64,000 nt of DNA, taken from assembly GCF_000142905.1 (NCBI RefSeq), contig NW_013657642.1, positions 193,851 through 257,850 on the forward strand, read 5' to 3'. The notes under the pieces were generated by a model that was not told the origin of the DNA, made no database searches, and saw nothing but the letters and a program-made list of their open reading frames with translations. The translations under genes and the position numbers were made by a program. Shown piece after piece: positions 33,765-46,511 of the stretch. Every line of letters starts with the position of its first letter. Within the stretch, counting starts at the first letter, position 1. The DNA comes from Thecamonas trahens ATCC 50062. Taxonomy: Eukaryota > Protista > Apusomonadida.

Positions 33765-36008
33765 TCATTCTGAGCTCAAATCCGAGCTGCAGCCGCTGGT
33801 TCCAAGCTCGACGAGCCGATACGCCGCCGGCCGGACCACAAACCGCTGCGCTGTCAACCGACCGACGATGACAGCCGTTGCCGAGACCATCACCACCACC
33901 ATGCACACCATGACCACGACTACAAATACCCAGCCCTCACCATCGGCTCTCGCGCTTCCTGCTCCGGTCTCCGACCCGAAAGCGATGCGGATCCCAACCC
34001 GCTCGTCAGCGCCCAGGACCTCAGCCACGCCGATCTCCACTGTCTCCCAGCTTGCCCAGCCTCCAGCCGGTGGCGCGACGACAAACGCCACCGAGCTCAC
34101 CAGGCTGCTCGCTCGCTTTGGAGAGAGTGTCTTTCGGGTGTTCGGTTCGTCGTCACGCACAGCCTGCACCGCGGGCTTTGCCGTTGTCGGATCTAGCGAG
34201 ATCCAGAGCTCGGCCATGTCCGCCACAGAGCCGAGCTTCACCCGGACCGCGCTTCGTCCGCCACCGGTCCACGTGTCCAGGACCCCATCGACAGGCACTG
34301 GCACTGGTTCCAGCTCGCATACGCTGCCACAGCAGGCTCCTGCATCATCGCCACACGAGCACGGCAGCGCATTCTCCGTCGCGACGCACATCCCAGCCGC
34401 GTCGCACAAGCCGTCTATGCACGTCGAGTTGCTTTGGCGAGCGCATGCGGCGCCGGCATCGGCCACGCACCCGCCGAGCGTCTCGGAGCAGCGCCAGGGG
34501 CAGTTTGTGCCGGGCGGTGCCGGACATGTGACCGCAGCACCGAGGTTGGTGCAAACTCCGGCCAAGCACGCCTCCGGCCCGTTGCACACCAGGCCATCGT
34601 CGCACGCCTCGCCGTCGGCCAGGACCACCGTCTCACACTTGTGGCTCACTGAGCACTGTTGCACTCGACATGTGAGCGCATCTAGCACCCCGCATGGCGC
34701 TTCGGCTTCCAGCCAGCGGCATTGTGATGAACAGCATGGCTGTGAGTCGCACTCCTCGCCGCTGCTGACGTCAACAACGCCATCGCCACAGCCTTGTCCC
34801 CTGGTTTGCCTCAGCGAAGCAATCAGCGGCGCCCCACAGTTGAGTGTGTACACGTTGTTGGCCGTCTCTGATCCGGTCGCTACCGCATCGGCGTACAGCA
34901 CGTCCGGCGACGAAAAGTAGGCCACTCGCCGACCAGGCTTGTACGCCATCACCGTCCGCAGCTGCTCACCGCCATACACAAAGCGGTTACCAAGCGAGAA
35001 CGGAAACAGAGTGTTTGCCGCCACGTTGATGGCGTCATGGTTCGCGCCCATGTTGTGTGCGAGCTCGTGGACAAACGAGAGCCACGTCGTGGTGCACTCT
35101 AGCGCTACCACCGAGTACGCCGACTCCGCCTCCTCCACCGAGTATCCTCCTATGGTGAACCCAATCCCGCACTTTGTGCTGGGAACAATCCACAATGACA
35201 CCATGTCTGCCTGCAGCTCCTCGCGCAGCTTGGGCACATCGTCCATGAACCCATCGTTCCCGTGGTAAACCCGGAGAGCAGTCTCAGTGAACGTCCCCGT
35301 GGCACGGTACTCGGTCACGTGAATGCCAACAACCCGGATCACCGCATGCACCTCCGATGTCTTAAACGCGGCGTTGCCCTCGGCTTCCGCCAGCGCTACT
35401 TGAGCGTCCAATGCCGCCTCGGACATGCTCTCTGCCACCGTCACTGTCACCGCCACCAGCACGTCGATCAGCGCAGGCTCCTCGGCACTCGCCAGCGGAC
35501 CGGGACATATTCCATTCGGTAGCGTCCGCGGCGCCAGTCCTTGCTCACGGCCCTGCATCAGCCCGGCCTCGTGCGCTGCGGCGGCCTTGGGATCAATCCA
35601 AACCAGCCCGCGCGCAGTCGTCACCTCAGCCACCGCCCCGTCGAGCCAGCTCACCCGCCCGTGTATAGCCTCCGAGTTGACCGCAACCACCGCAACTGGC
35701 TCAGGCACCGTGGCCTCGATCGCTGCCGCATGTATGACAAGACTACCTTCGTGCTGCCACACGAGGTCGCCGGCTCCACCCGACCGCGACCATCTTCGTC
35801 CGCCGACATCATCGACCCGACTGACTGTGAACACCACAGCCTCCAAGCCGGCCATCTGGAACATCTCGCCCACCTTCAACGCCATCCACCGATCCATCTC
35901 ATTTGCCTCTAGCAAAGTCACCCCATCGCCCAGCTTGGCCGCCACACACTCGTCCATCCCCACCATCATTGCCATCGCCACCACTATCGCCACCATCCAT
36001 AGCCGCAT
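33765..36008 (-). CDS. Membrane-anchored M12B/reprolysin-like metalloprotease with disintegrin-like and Cys-rich domains
   Basis: Signal peptide; HELAHNMGANHD; Met-turn RTVMAY; CGDGVVD..EECD..CC..C; C-terminal TM. Confidence 0.85.
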   Translation of the reverse strand: MRLWMVAIVVAMAMMVGMDECVAAKLGDGVTLLEANEMDRWMALKVGEMFQMAGLEAVVFTVSRVDDVGGRRWSRSGGAGDLVWQHEGSLVIHAAAIEATVPEPVAVVAVNSEAIHGRVSWLDGAVAEVTTARGLVWIDPKAAAAHEAGLMQGREQGLAPRTLPNGICPGPLASAEEPALIDVLVAVTVTVAESMSEAALDAQVALAEAEGNAAFKTSEVHAVIRVVGIHVTEYRATGTFTETALRVYHGNDGFMDDVPKLREELQADMVSLWIVPSTKCGIGFTIGGYSVEEAESAYSVVALECTTTWLSFVHELAHNMGANHDAINVAANTLFPFSLGNRFVYGGEQLRTVMAYKPGRRVAYFSSPDVLYADAVATGSETANNVYTLNCGAPLIASLRQTRGQGCGDGVVDVSSGEECDSQPCCSSQCRWLEAEAPCGVLDALTCRVQQCSVSHKCETVVLADGEACDDGLVCNGPEACLAGVCTNLGAAVTCPAPPGTNCPWRCSETLGGCVADAGAACARQSNSTCIDGLCDAAGMCVATENALPCSCGDDAGACCGSVCELEPVPVPVDGVLDTWTGGGRSAVRVKLGSVADMAELWISLDPTTAKPAVQAVRDDEPNTRKTLSPKRASSLVSSVAFVVAPPAGGWASWETVEIGVAEVLGADERVGIRIAFGSETGAGSARADGEGWVFVVVVMVCMVVVMVSATAVIVGRLTAQRFVVRPAAYRLVELGTSGCSSDLSSE

Positions 36009-36097
36009 CGACCAGTCAATCACCATCCACACAAGAGAAGAGAGCAAAATCAAAGCTTCTTCAACTTCAGCTGAAAGCCAGCCACAGCAGCCAGAGA

Positions 36098-36098
36098 G

Positions 36099-36162
<64 letters not shown>
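36098..36162. repeat. (CACGAC)n microsatellite
   Basis: Perfect intergenic hexamer run. Confidence 0.95.
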
Positions 36163-36406
36163 AGCTACGCACCGCAACACCACAGCCAGACGAGCCACAC
36201 ACACCCAGCCCTACACACCCAGCCCAGCCGAGTCCAACCTCTTTTTGTTCCGAGTGCGGTGTCCGTAGCCCCCCCTCCTCCCCCCCCCCCCCCTCCCCCC
36301 CTCCTCTGCCACAGTCTCAGCCAGACACACTGTGACCGCACCAGCCCACCACACCACCCCACCCCACCAGCCCAGCCCAGCCCAGCCCAGCCCACCCGTC
36401 CCCGGC

Positions 36407-37726
36407 ATGGCGTCTGGCCCACCCAGTTTGCCCTCGCCCTCCACCTCTTCATCATCCACCTCGGCTGGCTGGTTCACTCCCTCGGCCTCGGCCTCGGACA
36501 CCTGCGACGACCTGTGGTCAGCCGATGCTTCTGCAGCATACGCACCCCCTGTGGCATCGGCTACATCCGGCTCGGCATCTCCCACCTCGGCGTCAATAGA
36601 TTCGACATCAGACGAGTTCTTCTCTTGTTGCTCTCCGCCGCTCTCGCCTGTTTCGCCCTCGTTCCCACATCATCCGGCCCCGCCTCCGCTCATGGGCGAT
36701 CTGGCTCCGCTCCCGGCAGAGCTCGTCCTGCACATCCTCCGCTTTCTCCCGCTTCGTCAGCGCGCCGTCATGCGGGAAGTCTCTCGCGGCTGCGCAGAGC
36801 TGGCATCTATTCCGCTGCTGTGGCGTACCGTGCGCTTTTCCCGTCATCTCGCTCTCTCGCGCTTTGACGGCGCAGCTGACCTCTGGCTCGCCGCCGTCAC
36901 CCGCGCCCCGTATCTGACCTCGGCCCTGCGATCGCTCTCGCTCGCGACTTGCAAGGACGTGACCGACACTGGCCTGGCTCTCGCGCTTCCGCAGCTGCCG
37001 CGCTTGGAGAGCCTGGATCTCTCACGCTGCTGGGGCGTCACCGATGCTCTGCTGGCCAGCCTAGCCCTCGCCCCAGCCGCCGCTCATCTCCGCTCGCTCA
37101 ACCTGTACATGGTGTATCAGGTTACCGACGTTGGTATTACCCGCCTCGCCCCAGCCACCCCGCGCCTCGTCCGCCTCAACCTTTACAAGTGCTCGCTCGT
37201 CACCGACACCGGCCTCGCCGTCGTCGCCGCCTCCTGCCCCGATCTTGTCGAGCTCACCCTCTACGGCCTTCCGCACATCTCTGACGCTGGCGTCGCTGGG
37301 GCCCTCCCACTCCTGCCTGACCTGCGCAAGCTCAATCTCGGCTCGTGCAAGCAACTGACCGATGCGGCTCTGATCAACGCCGCTTCTCTGCCAGCCCTTG
37401 CCACCCTCCATCTTCTCCGCTGCTCCGCCATGTCGGACGCCCTGCTCCGCTGTCTTGCCGCCTCGGGCACTGCTGCCTCGCTTGTCTCGCTCAACTGCCA
37501 CGGCTTGGCCAAGCTCACCGACTCGGGAGTCGTTGTCCTTGCCGCTGTTGCCTCGGATCTCGAGCGACTCAATCTCTCGCGCTGTACTGGCATTTCCGCC
37601 GATGGCGCCATCGCCATCGTTGCCAAGTGCCGCACTCTCGCTCGCCTCACCCTCGACGCCCGTGCCATCTCCCCCGAGCTCTCGGTGCTCGCAGCCTCAC
37701 GCGCTGTCGAGCTTGTCGTCGCCTAG
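36407..37726 (+). CDS. F-box/LRR-repeat protein
   Basis: LPAELVLHILRFLP F-box followed by cysteine-containing LRRs (LxLxxCxxVTDxG). Confidence 0.92.
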   Translation: MASGPPSLPSPSTSSSSTSAGWFTPSASASDTCDDLWSADASAAYAPPVASATSGSASPTSASIDSTSDEFFSCCSPPLSPVSPSFPHHPAPPPLMGDLAPLPAELVLHILRFLPLRQRAVMREVSRGCAELASIPLLWRTVRFSRHLALSRFDGAADLWLAAVTRAPYLTSALRSLSLATCKDVTDTGLALALPQLPRLESLDLSRCWGVTDALLASLALAPAAAHLRSLNLYMVYQVTDVGITRLAPATPRLVRLNLYKCSLVTDTGLAVVAASCPDLVELTLYGLPHISDAGVAGALPLLPDLRKLNLGSCKQLTDAALINAASLPALATLHLLRCSAMSDALLRCLAASGTAASLVSLNCHGLAKLTDSGVVVLAAVASDLERLNLSRCTGISADGAIAIVAKCRTLARLTLDARAISPELSVLAASRAVELVVA

Positions 37727-37751
37727 CCCTTGGCCTTTAATCATCCGCAAT

Positions 37752-39611
37752 CTAGAACTGCTCCCGCTGCTGCTCCTCCCACAGCGCGGCGTACGCGCCG
37801 TCGTCGCGGGCAACCAGCTCGTCGTGGGTCCCGCGCTCGAGCACACACCCGTCGCCAAGGACGACGATTTGATCGACGTCGACAATCGTTGAGAGCCGGT
37901 GCGCAATCGTGATGGTTGTCCGCCCCACCGCCGCCGAAGCCAGCGCGTCCTGAATCTCGCGCTCGGTCCGGGTGTCGAGCGCCGACGTCGCCTCGTCGAA
38001 AATCATCACCGGTGGATCCTTGAGCAGCGCCCGCGCAATGGCCACTCGCTGCTTCTCGCCGCCCGACAGTCGGAGGCCGCGCTCGCCCACCTTGGTCTCG
38101 TAGCCCTCGGGCAGTGATTCGACAAACTCGTGGATCTGCGCCGCGCGCGCCGCCGCCACCACCTGCTCGTGCGACGCCCGTGGGTTGCCGTACCGGATGT
38201 TGTATCCGAGTGTGTCGTTGAACAGGACAGTGTCCTGCGGTACAATACCGATCTGCCGCCGCAGGGCCGCCTGGTCGACCTCGTCGATTCGCACCCCGTC
38301 GAGCAGAATAGCCCCACTGTTAACGTCGTAGAACCGGTACAGCAGCCGCGCGATCGTCGACTTGCCGGCGCCCGACGCACCCACAAGCGCGAGCGACCCG
38401 CCTGCAGGCACCTCGAACGAGACCCCGTTGAGGACCGCAACATCGTCGCGGTACCGAAAGTACACGTCGTTAAACTCCACCGCACCCGTCAGCGGTGTCG
38501 GCAGCGCCTCGGGCACCGGTACGTCCACCACGTCGCGCGGAACGTCCAGGAGCTGCATCATCGAGTCCACGTCGACGAGCCCCTGCTTGATCATCCGGTA
38601 CGACGAGCCCAGAAAGTTGAGCGGGAGGTAGAGCTGGAGCAGGTACGTGTTGACAAGCACAAAGTCACCCGCCGTCATGTGGCCTGAGACCACCCGTCTT
38701 GCCGCGAGAAGCATGACCGATGTGACCCCCACCGCAATGAGCCCGGCTTGCCCCACGTTGAGCACCATCAGGGACGACTGCGACGCAATCGCCGCCTTCA
38801 TGTACCCGCGCAGCGCAAAGTCGTACCGGTTCTGCTCATGGCCTTCGTTGGAGAAGTACTTGACCGTCTCGTAGTTGAGCAGCGAGTCGACCGCCTTGTC
38901 GTTGGCGTCATTGTCCTTGGCGTTCATCTCGCGGCGGAACTTGTTGCGCCACTCGGTGATGACTAGCGTCCACACAATGTACGTCACAATGGTGACAAAC
39001 GTGATGAGCGCAAACCAGCCCTCGTATTGCACCAGCAGGATGCCGCAGGTAAAGAGCACTTCGAGAATGATCGGCCCGATGTTAAAGAGGAAGAACGAGA
39101 GAATCGTCGAGATGCCGCGCGTACCGCGCGAGATGGCGCGCAGCACGCCGCCGGTCTTGCGCTTGAGATGAAAGTCGAGCGAGAGCGAGTGGAGATGGGT
39201 GAACGTCCGAAGCGCCACGCTCCGCAGTGCGTTTTGCGTCACCTTGATAAACGTCGCGTCGCGGCCATCCGAGAACGCCTGCGAGCCGAGCCGGACCAGC
39301 CCATACCCGATGATGATGCCAGTTGGCATGGTCGGCGGGCTCGTGGTCAGCGCGTCGATCGCTGCCTTGTAGAAGAGCGGCAGCATGACGGTGAGGATCT
39401 TGGAGAACGCCATGAAAACCAGTGCGGCCACGACTCGCACCTTTAGCCCCGTCTCGCCCGCAGGCCACAGGTACGGCACCACACGCTTGGTCGTCTGAAA
39501 GTCAGCCGCCAGCCGCTGCAGCGTCGTCCGCCGTCCGCCGTTCTCCTGCGCCTCTGGGTCGCCCTCGGCCAGCCGAGCATGTGACGAGCTGCTCTTGCGG
39601 AAACACGACAT
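37752..39611 (-). CDS. ABCB half transporter, ATM1/ABCB6/HMT1 family
   Basis: HLHSLSLDFHLKRKTGG, DSLLNYETVKYF, Walker A GASGAGKST, GERGLRLSGGEKQR and DEATSALD. Confidence 0.95.
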   Translation of the reverse strand: MSCFRKSSSSHARLAEGDPEAQENGGRRTTLQRLAADFQTTKRVVPYLWPAGETGLKVRVVAALVFMAFSKILTVMLPLFYKAAIDALTTSPPTMPTGIIIGYGLVRLGSQAFSDGRDATFIKVTQNALRSVALRTFTHLHSLSLDFHLKRKTGGVLRAISRGTRGISTILSFFLFNIGPIILEVLFTCGILLVQYEGWFALITFVTIVTYIVWTLVITEWRNKFRREMNAKDNDANDKAVDSLLNYETVKYFSNEGHEQNRYDFALRGYMKAAIASQSSLMVLNVGQAGLIAVGVTSVMLLAARRVVSGHMTAGDFVLVNTYLLQLYLPLNFLGSSYRMIKQGLVDVDSMMQLLDVPRDVVDVPVPEALPTPLTGAVEFNDVYFRYRDDVAVLNGVSFEVPAGGSLALVGASGAGKSTIARLLYRFYDVNSGAILLDGVRIDEVDQAALRRQIGIVPQDTVLFNDTLGYNIRYGNPRASHEQVVAAARAAQIHEFVESLPEGYETKVGERGLRLSGGEKQRVAIARALLKDPPVMIFDEATSALDTRTEREIQDALASAAVGRTTITIAHRLSTIVDVDQIVVLGDGCVLERGTHDELVARDDGAYAALWEEQQREQF

Positions 39612-39910
39612 GAGCAGTCTCTCTCCACGCAAATCTGCAAAATGCAAGCAGTTCCAAGACGTGTGTGTGTGGTGGGGGGGGGGGGGGGGGGTGCGGTAGG
39701 GAAGCCAAGAGAGACGTGTCCACTACGCCGCCATCCTGCCTGCCCAATGCCGGGAGCCAATGACGACCTGGCGACCTGGCGACCGACACCCACCTTGCCA
39801 GCAGCCAGCTTCTTGGACACAAACACACAACACAGACAGAAAGAAAGAATTCATTCAGATCAACATGCGGGCGAGAAACCACAGCGCAGGCACAGGTACT
39901 AGGACAACGT

Positions 39911-41296
<1,386 letters not shown>

Positions 41297-42087
41297 CTAG
41301 CAATCCTATTGAAAATGTTGGCCAGTGGCGCGCGTGCCTCCCCCGTTCTGCGCCGCAGGGGAAAAAATCGCCTTGTCGCTTGGCGCCAAAATGCGCGCCA
41401 AAAAGCTGACACCACAGCTGCCGCCACCATTGCGGTGGACGGCAGCGCAGACATTGCCAAAGCAACCTGCACGACATACTCGCGCAGCCTGAACTGGCTT
41501 TGAGGAGGGTAGCGTTGACTGCGCCTCCCGCAAGGGGAGGTGTGCGCAAGTTGACGCTCGCGCTCTCGAGTGCGCAGGGGAGGTGCGGGGTGGCTGCCGA
41601 GCGAGGCTCACGGCTACCATCGCAAAAAAAACGTCGCCCGCGGACGCCACCCGCTGCCCCTACGAGGGGGGGTTACAGAGCGAAATAACATGGCTACAAG
41701 CCACCCACAAGGCAAGGGTAGTGTACTGGCTATGGTGCACAGCGTAGGCGTGGTGGACCTTCTGGGGGGAGGGGGATGCGTATACCCGGGGGCAACAGCC
41801 ACACCGAGCGTTGTCGCCCTGCCCGCCCTCCCCCGAATATATTGAGCTTTCACAAACGTACGAGAGAGAAGGGTTACCAAAGACGATTCGTTTGGAAGCC
41901 GCAATTCCAACGGCAGCCGATTTCGGTCACTAGCCGAAACGAGTAGCCGGCAGCCGACCCGCTCTGGCCCAACGTGACAGGCTGCTACGCCACAGACTGT
42001 CAAGGGATACGCAGCGTGGGATACATGGGGTTTGTTACGATGTGTGACAATGCTGGAGTACAGCCGGCTAGACGGCTGGGGCCGGAC

Positions 42088-44249
42088 CTAGTTGACAGCG
42101 GCAGACTGGCGCGGCTGGGCCGGCGAGGCGCGCCCTGACGACTGGCGCGAGGTGGGAGTGGAGAAGGCGGAGCGCGGTGAGTTCTGCGAGCGCGGCGAAA
42201 GGAGGTCGTACATGCGCGATGGGTTGGGAGCGGTGTGGCGGGTGACCTGCTGGGCGGGCGCCTGCACAATCTCGATGCCCGACCGGGCCGTCGCGGAGTC
42301 CTTGGACGGTCGCGAGCGGAAGGCATACGTGCCGTTGCGCGACGGCGAGGTCGAGAGCTGCGAGTACGAGTTGTAAAGCTCGCCCATGGACGAGATGGGC
42401 TCGCCGCCACGCGCCTCGGGCTCCGGAGCCACAGGCCGGGTGTGACGCATCGGCTCCGCTCGGGCCACACCCGCAGACGTCAGCCGCGCTCGAGCAATCT
42501 CCTCCTCGAACCTGTCGAGCTGTTCCTTGAGGAAGCGCGCCGTCGACGCCAAGCCGAGGTTAGACGTCGTCGACGACGACGACGGCCCCTCGTACGAGTC
42601 AACCACAGACGCTCGCACGTCCGGCACCGGCGAGACCGGCACCGCAGAAATCGCCACCGGCGACGTCACAAGGACAGGCGAGCCCTCGGTGCCCGACATC
42701 CGCTGCGACGCGGTGATCTCGCGCGCAGCCCGGAGCTTGGAAATGATGAGATCAAGCTGCTCCTCGGTGCAGTCTGCCGCAAGCGCCGACGGCGTCGCCG
42801 CAAGCAGCGTCTGCATCAGCGCCGTGGGCGCGCCGTCGCTCCGCGCGCTCGAGATAGCGCCTGGGCCCACGGCCGCGGTCACAGTTGTGGGCGTGCTTGG
42901 AGCCATCACCGCAGTCGCAGTCGCGCTCGCGCTTGCGCTCGTCGACGTCCGCGGCGAGGCCATGGCCATCGATGCCGGAAGCGGCGAGCGCGGCGAGCGC
43001 ATGTCGCCGTACGGCGAGTTGGACCCGCCGGCAGCCGCAGACTGCCGCGAGACAGACTCGGCCACGAGCGAGCCGCCCGCTGACGACGACGGGTACGTCG
43101 CCCGCGACGACGTCCGCCCGGCGGCGCCCGGGCTCGTCGCCGCCGTCCGCGAGAGCAGCGTCGGCCGCATCCGCGCCGCGCTTGGCGGGTCCAGCCCGAG
43201 CGCCACAGGCTCGGGCGCGGAAAAGGCCGAGCCAACGTCGTCGTCCGGCGACGTCGCCGACGGGTTTGGCGTGCCGGTGGACGACGAGACCACCGAAGAC
43301 GCCCCCGACGACTCGCGCCGCTTGTGCCCCCGCGAACCTTGACCCCGGTCGCCAGCGCACCGACTCCCTTGGTCTTGGCCGAAGAGTGCCTCGGGTACGG
43401 CGCCGTCCCGGGCCGCGGCTTTTGGTGCGCCGCAGACGAGTGCGGCAGCGACGAGTACAGGTCCGAGTGATACGCAGACGACGTGAACGAGCCAACTTCG
43501 CGCGGCGATGGCCGCCGTCCGATCCGCGCCGTCCCGCCCGACGTCCGCGCCACGCCGAGGATGGTCGACAGCTCGTTCATCGACGGCGACACACGCTGCC
43601 GCGCAGGAGACATCGACCGCGTTGGAGTCGTCCGACGGTCAAGCTCGGGCGACTGCCTCGCCACAGACACCGACGCTCCAGACCCACGCCTGTGTCATTC
43701 CCCCCCAATACACAACAGCATCGCCGTTGAAATCAATCGAGTGAGTGACGGCCGTGCAAAAGTGGTCAAACGGACGCCTGCGAAGCCACCACCGTCCGCC
43801 AGGTCTTCACAAACCACCCGCAAAGGACGTAGACCTCCATAACACCCCATACCGCCACACCTTTGGCATGGCCTGCCTACCCTCCACCTCTCCAGTCCAT
43901 GCTGTCTCGTTTTTCGGCCTTCACCCCGCTCATGCCGGCCCGGAAAGCCCTCGCCACCACACATCAATACCAGGAGTGTGGAAAAACGCTCGCTCGCCCC
44001 GAGGGACCGAAAAACAGGGGCCGAGAGGCCCAGCCACCAACGAGGACGGCGTGCGGGATTGTGGGAGTGCTTCCCAGCGTATAAAGCTCGCAGCAGATGC
44101 TCTGGATAGCCAAGAGCATGGGCTACCTTGGCATGTGGTTGTGGTTTGAGGGGAAACGGTGGTGCGTACCTGGCGTCCGTGGAACCGGGGACAGAGATCG
44201 CATGGTTGGCCTTGATGGGCGGCCGCTTGTAGCCGGACGTGTCGTCCAT
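42088..44249 (-). CDS. Ser/Arg-rich hypothetical protein; exon 1 44170..44249, exon 2 from 43689, frame break near 43340
   Basis: A gtacgc...actcac...cag intron joins the exons in phase. The downstream GC3-rich frame 42088..43340 needs one extra nucleotide. Confidence 0.5.
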
Positions 44250-44692
44250 GGGGGTGCGGATTGACGTCAGAAATCAAGACACACAGCAAGACTCGGGGCG
44301 AGGTGCGGTGTCAGGTGCGCGAGGTTGTCCGGCCTCGATGCACTGACGCGCGAGGAGTGTCGATCCAACTCGATCGTCTTCTCCCCTTCAACCTGCAAAA
44401 CAAGCGAATCACCTCCCAGCCGACTCTCGCCTCGCTCCAAGCCACCGCCACCCGAGCCACCGCCCCACCCGAGCCACCGCCCCACCCGAGCCACCGCCCC
44501 ACCCGAGCCACCGCCCGAGCCATCGCCCACCGCCATCTCCAGTGAAGCAATCAATAATCGGCAGTCCTCGAACAACCGACAGCTCGCAGTAAGCAGCAAG
44601 CAGTAAGCGACAACAAGCAACAGACGCAACAGTATCCCCTTGCCCATCCCATCTCATCACCGCCCCCCCCCCCCCCACGCCACCTCCACCCC

Positions 44693-44925
44693 NNNNNNNN
44701 NNNNNNNNNNNNNNNNNNNNNNNNNNNNNNNNNNNNNNNNNNNNNNNNNNNNNNNNNNNNNNNNNNNNNNNNNNNNNNNNNNNNNNNNNNNNNNNNNNNN
44801 NNNNNNNNNNNNNNNNNNNNNNNNNNNNNNNNNNNNNNNNNNNNNNNNNNNNNNNNNNNNNNNNNNNNNNNNNNNNNNNNNNNNNNNNNNNNNNNNNNNN
44901 NNNNNNNNNNNNNNNNNNNNNNNNN
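44693..44925. other. Assembly gap
   Basis: Run of N. Confidence 1.
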
Positions 44926-45161
44926 GGTACAACCAACGGTTGGAGTGCATGTTCACGCCAGACCAGATTGAGCGGTCGTAACAAGACGGGTCCCGCATGC
45001 GGCGCCGTTCTCATGGCGCCCAAGGCGGTCAAGGTTCTGTCCACAAAATAGGAGGAGAAGGGCGAGCTGCCCCCCCCCCCCCATCACCACCTCACCCCAC
45101 CAAATGACTCGATCCCACCACCGCCACTCACCCCTCTCTCTCTCTCTCTCTCTCTCTGCCC

Positions 45162-46511
45162 ATGGCGGACACGGCCTCAGCCACCCTCCCGCCGCTCAGA
45201 CTAGATGCAGAGGTCGAGGCCTTTCTCGTCGAGGTCTTTGGCGCAGAGTACGTGACGGCCCTACTCGCCATCGCCTCGAGCCCACCCTCGCACACCACCG
45301 TCCGCGTCAACACCTCTGTGTGCTCGGTGCCCGATGCCCAGGCTCTCCTCGAGGCCGCCGTTGGCGAGCACGGCTTTGATGTTGCCGTTCATTCAGCTAT
45401 CCCGGATGTGCTAGTCGTCCGCGACGCTGCGGCGGAGAAGATCATCCCGGCGCCCGAGTTTGGCCCGGTCGTCGTCGACCGCCGCTGCGGCGAGTCGGTC
45501 CTCCGCGGCGGCCATGTGTACATCCCGGGCGTCCTCCGTGCCGCAAAGTGGAAGAAGGCTGGCGATCCGGTCTCTGTCTTTGCCGAGCTGCCCAACAGTG
45601 ACGGTCCGGGCCGCATCGAAGTCTTCATCGGCAACGGCACCATTGTCCTCGACTGGGATGCTCTGATGGAGGCCAAGGACGCCCGGACAGGCGGCCTTGC
45701 CGTCACTATGGACGCTGTTGTCGGCCCGCGTGCCCCCTCACTGCATGGCCTACTTTCGCGCGAGCTCTTTGCCCAGAACCTGCCGTCGACCGTCGTCGCC
45801 CACGCCGCGCTGAGCGGCGTCGCCCTCGACGATCGCACTGCCGCGCCGCTGCGCGTCCTCGACATGTGCGCTGCTCCCGGTGGCAAGACCAGCCACATTG
45901 CTCAGATCCTAGCCTCTTCGCCACGCGGCGGCCACGTATGGGCCTGCGAACGCGCGGGCCGCCGCGTCGACAGGCTCCGCGAAACCATTGCCCGCCTCGA
46001 CCTCGATGCTGTCTGCACGGTCATCAAGTGCGACTCGGCCAAGCTTCTCAAGCCCCGCACCGGCTCCAGCGCTCAGCCCGACCTTGCTCTTGCCTCTTTC
46101 GACGTCGTTCTCCTCGATCCGCAGTGCTCGGGCCTCGGCCTCCGCCCCCGCTTCAACGAAACCCGCATCAACCGCGCGGAGCTCTCCAACATGGCCGACT
46201 ACCAGGCCAAGCTTGCGTCCGTTGCCGCAGGCATGGTGGCTCCTGGCGGCGTCATTGTCTATTCGACCTGCACCATCGATCCACTCGAGAACGAGGGCGT
46301 CATCGCCGGCCTTCTTAGCGACTCGCCGCACCTCTCCCTCGTCCCACTCCCGCCGCACCTCTGCATCGCCCGGGAAGGCCTCTCGGGCCAGGGCCTCGCC
46401 GATCCGCTGGCTGCCCTTGTTCAGCGCTTCGATCCTGTCGCCCACGACTCGCCAGCCTTTTTCGTCGCCAAGCTCACAGCCGCCACTACCTCCGCCGCCG
46501 CCAAGGCCTAG
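45162..46511 (+). CDS. NSUN6: tRNA m5C methyltransferase, NSUN6-like
   Basis: TTVRVN, PUA domain (CGESVLRGGHVYIPGV), QNLPS, DMCAAPGGKT, CSGLGLRP and YSTCTI. Confidence 0.9.
   Translation: MADTASATLPPLRLDAEVEAFLVEVFGAEYVTALLAIASSPPSHTTVRVNTSVCSVPDAQALLEAAVGEHGFDVAVHSAIPDVLVVRDAAAEKIIPAPEFGPVVVDRRCGESVLRGGHVYIPGVLRAAKWKKAGDPVSVFAELPNSDGPGRIEVFIGNGTIVLDWDALMEAKDARTGGLAVTMDAVVGPRAPSLHGLLSRELFAQNLPSTVVAHAALSGVALDDRTAAPLRVLDMCAAPGGKTSHIAQILASSPRGGHVWACERAGRRVDRLRETIARLDLDAVCTVIKCDSAKLLKPRTGSSAQPDLALASFDVVLLDPQCSGLGLRPRFNETRINRAELSNMADYQAKLASVAAGMVAPGGVIVYSTCTIDPLENEGVIAGLLSDSPHLSLVPLPPHLCIAREGLSGQGLADPLAALVQRFDPVAHDSPAFFVAKLTAATTSAAAKA

Noticed and set aside
33181-34920. 579-aa plus-strand ORF
   Set aside because: Mostly the antisense shadow of the metalloprotease.
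41905-41955. Hairpin with GAAAC resembling a hammerhead ribozyme
   Set aside because: No CUGAnGA core on either strand.
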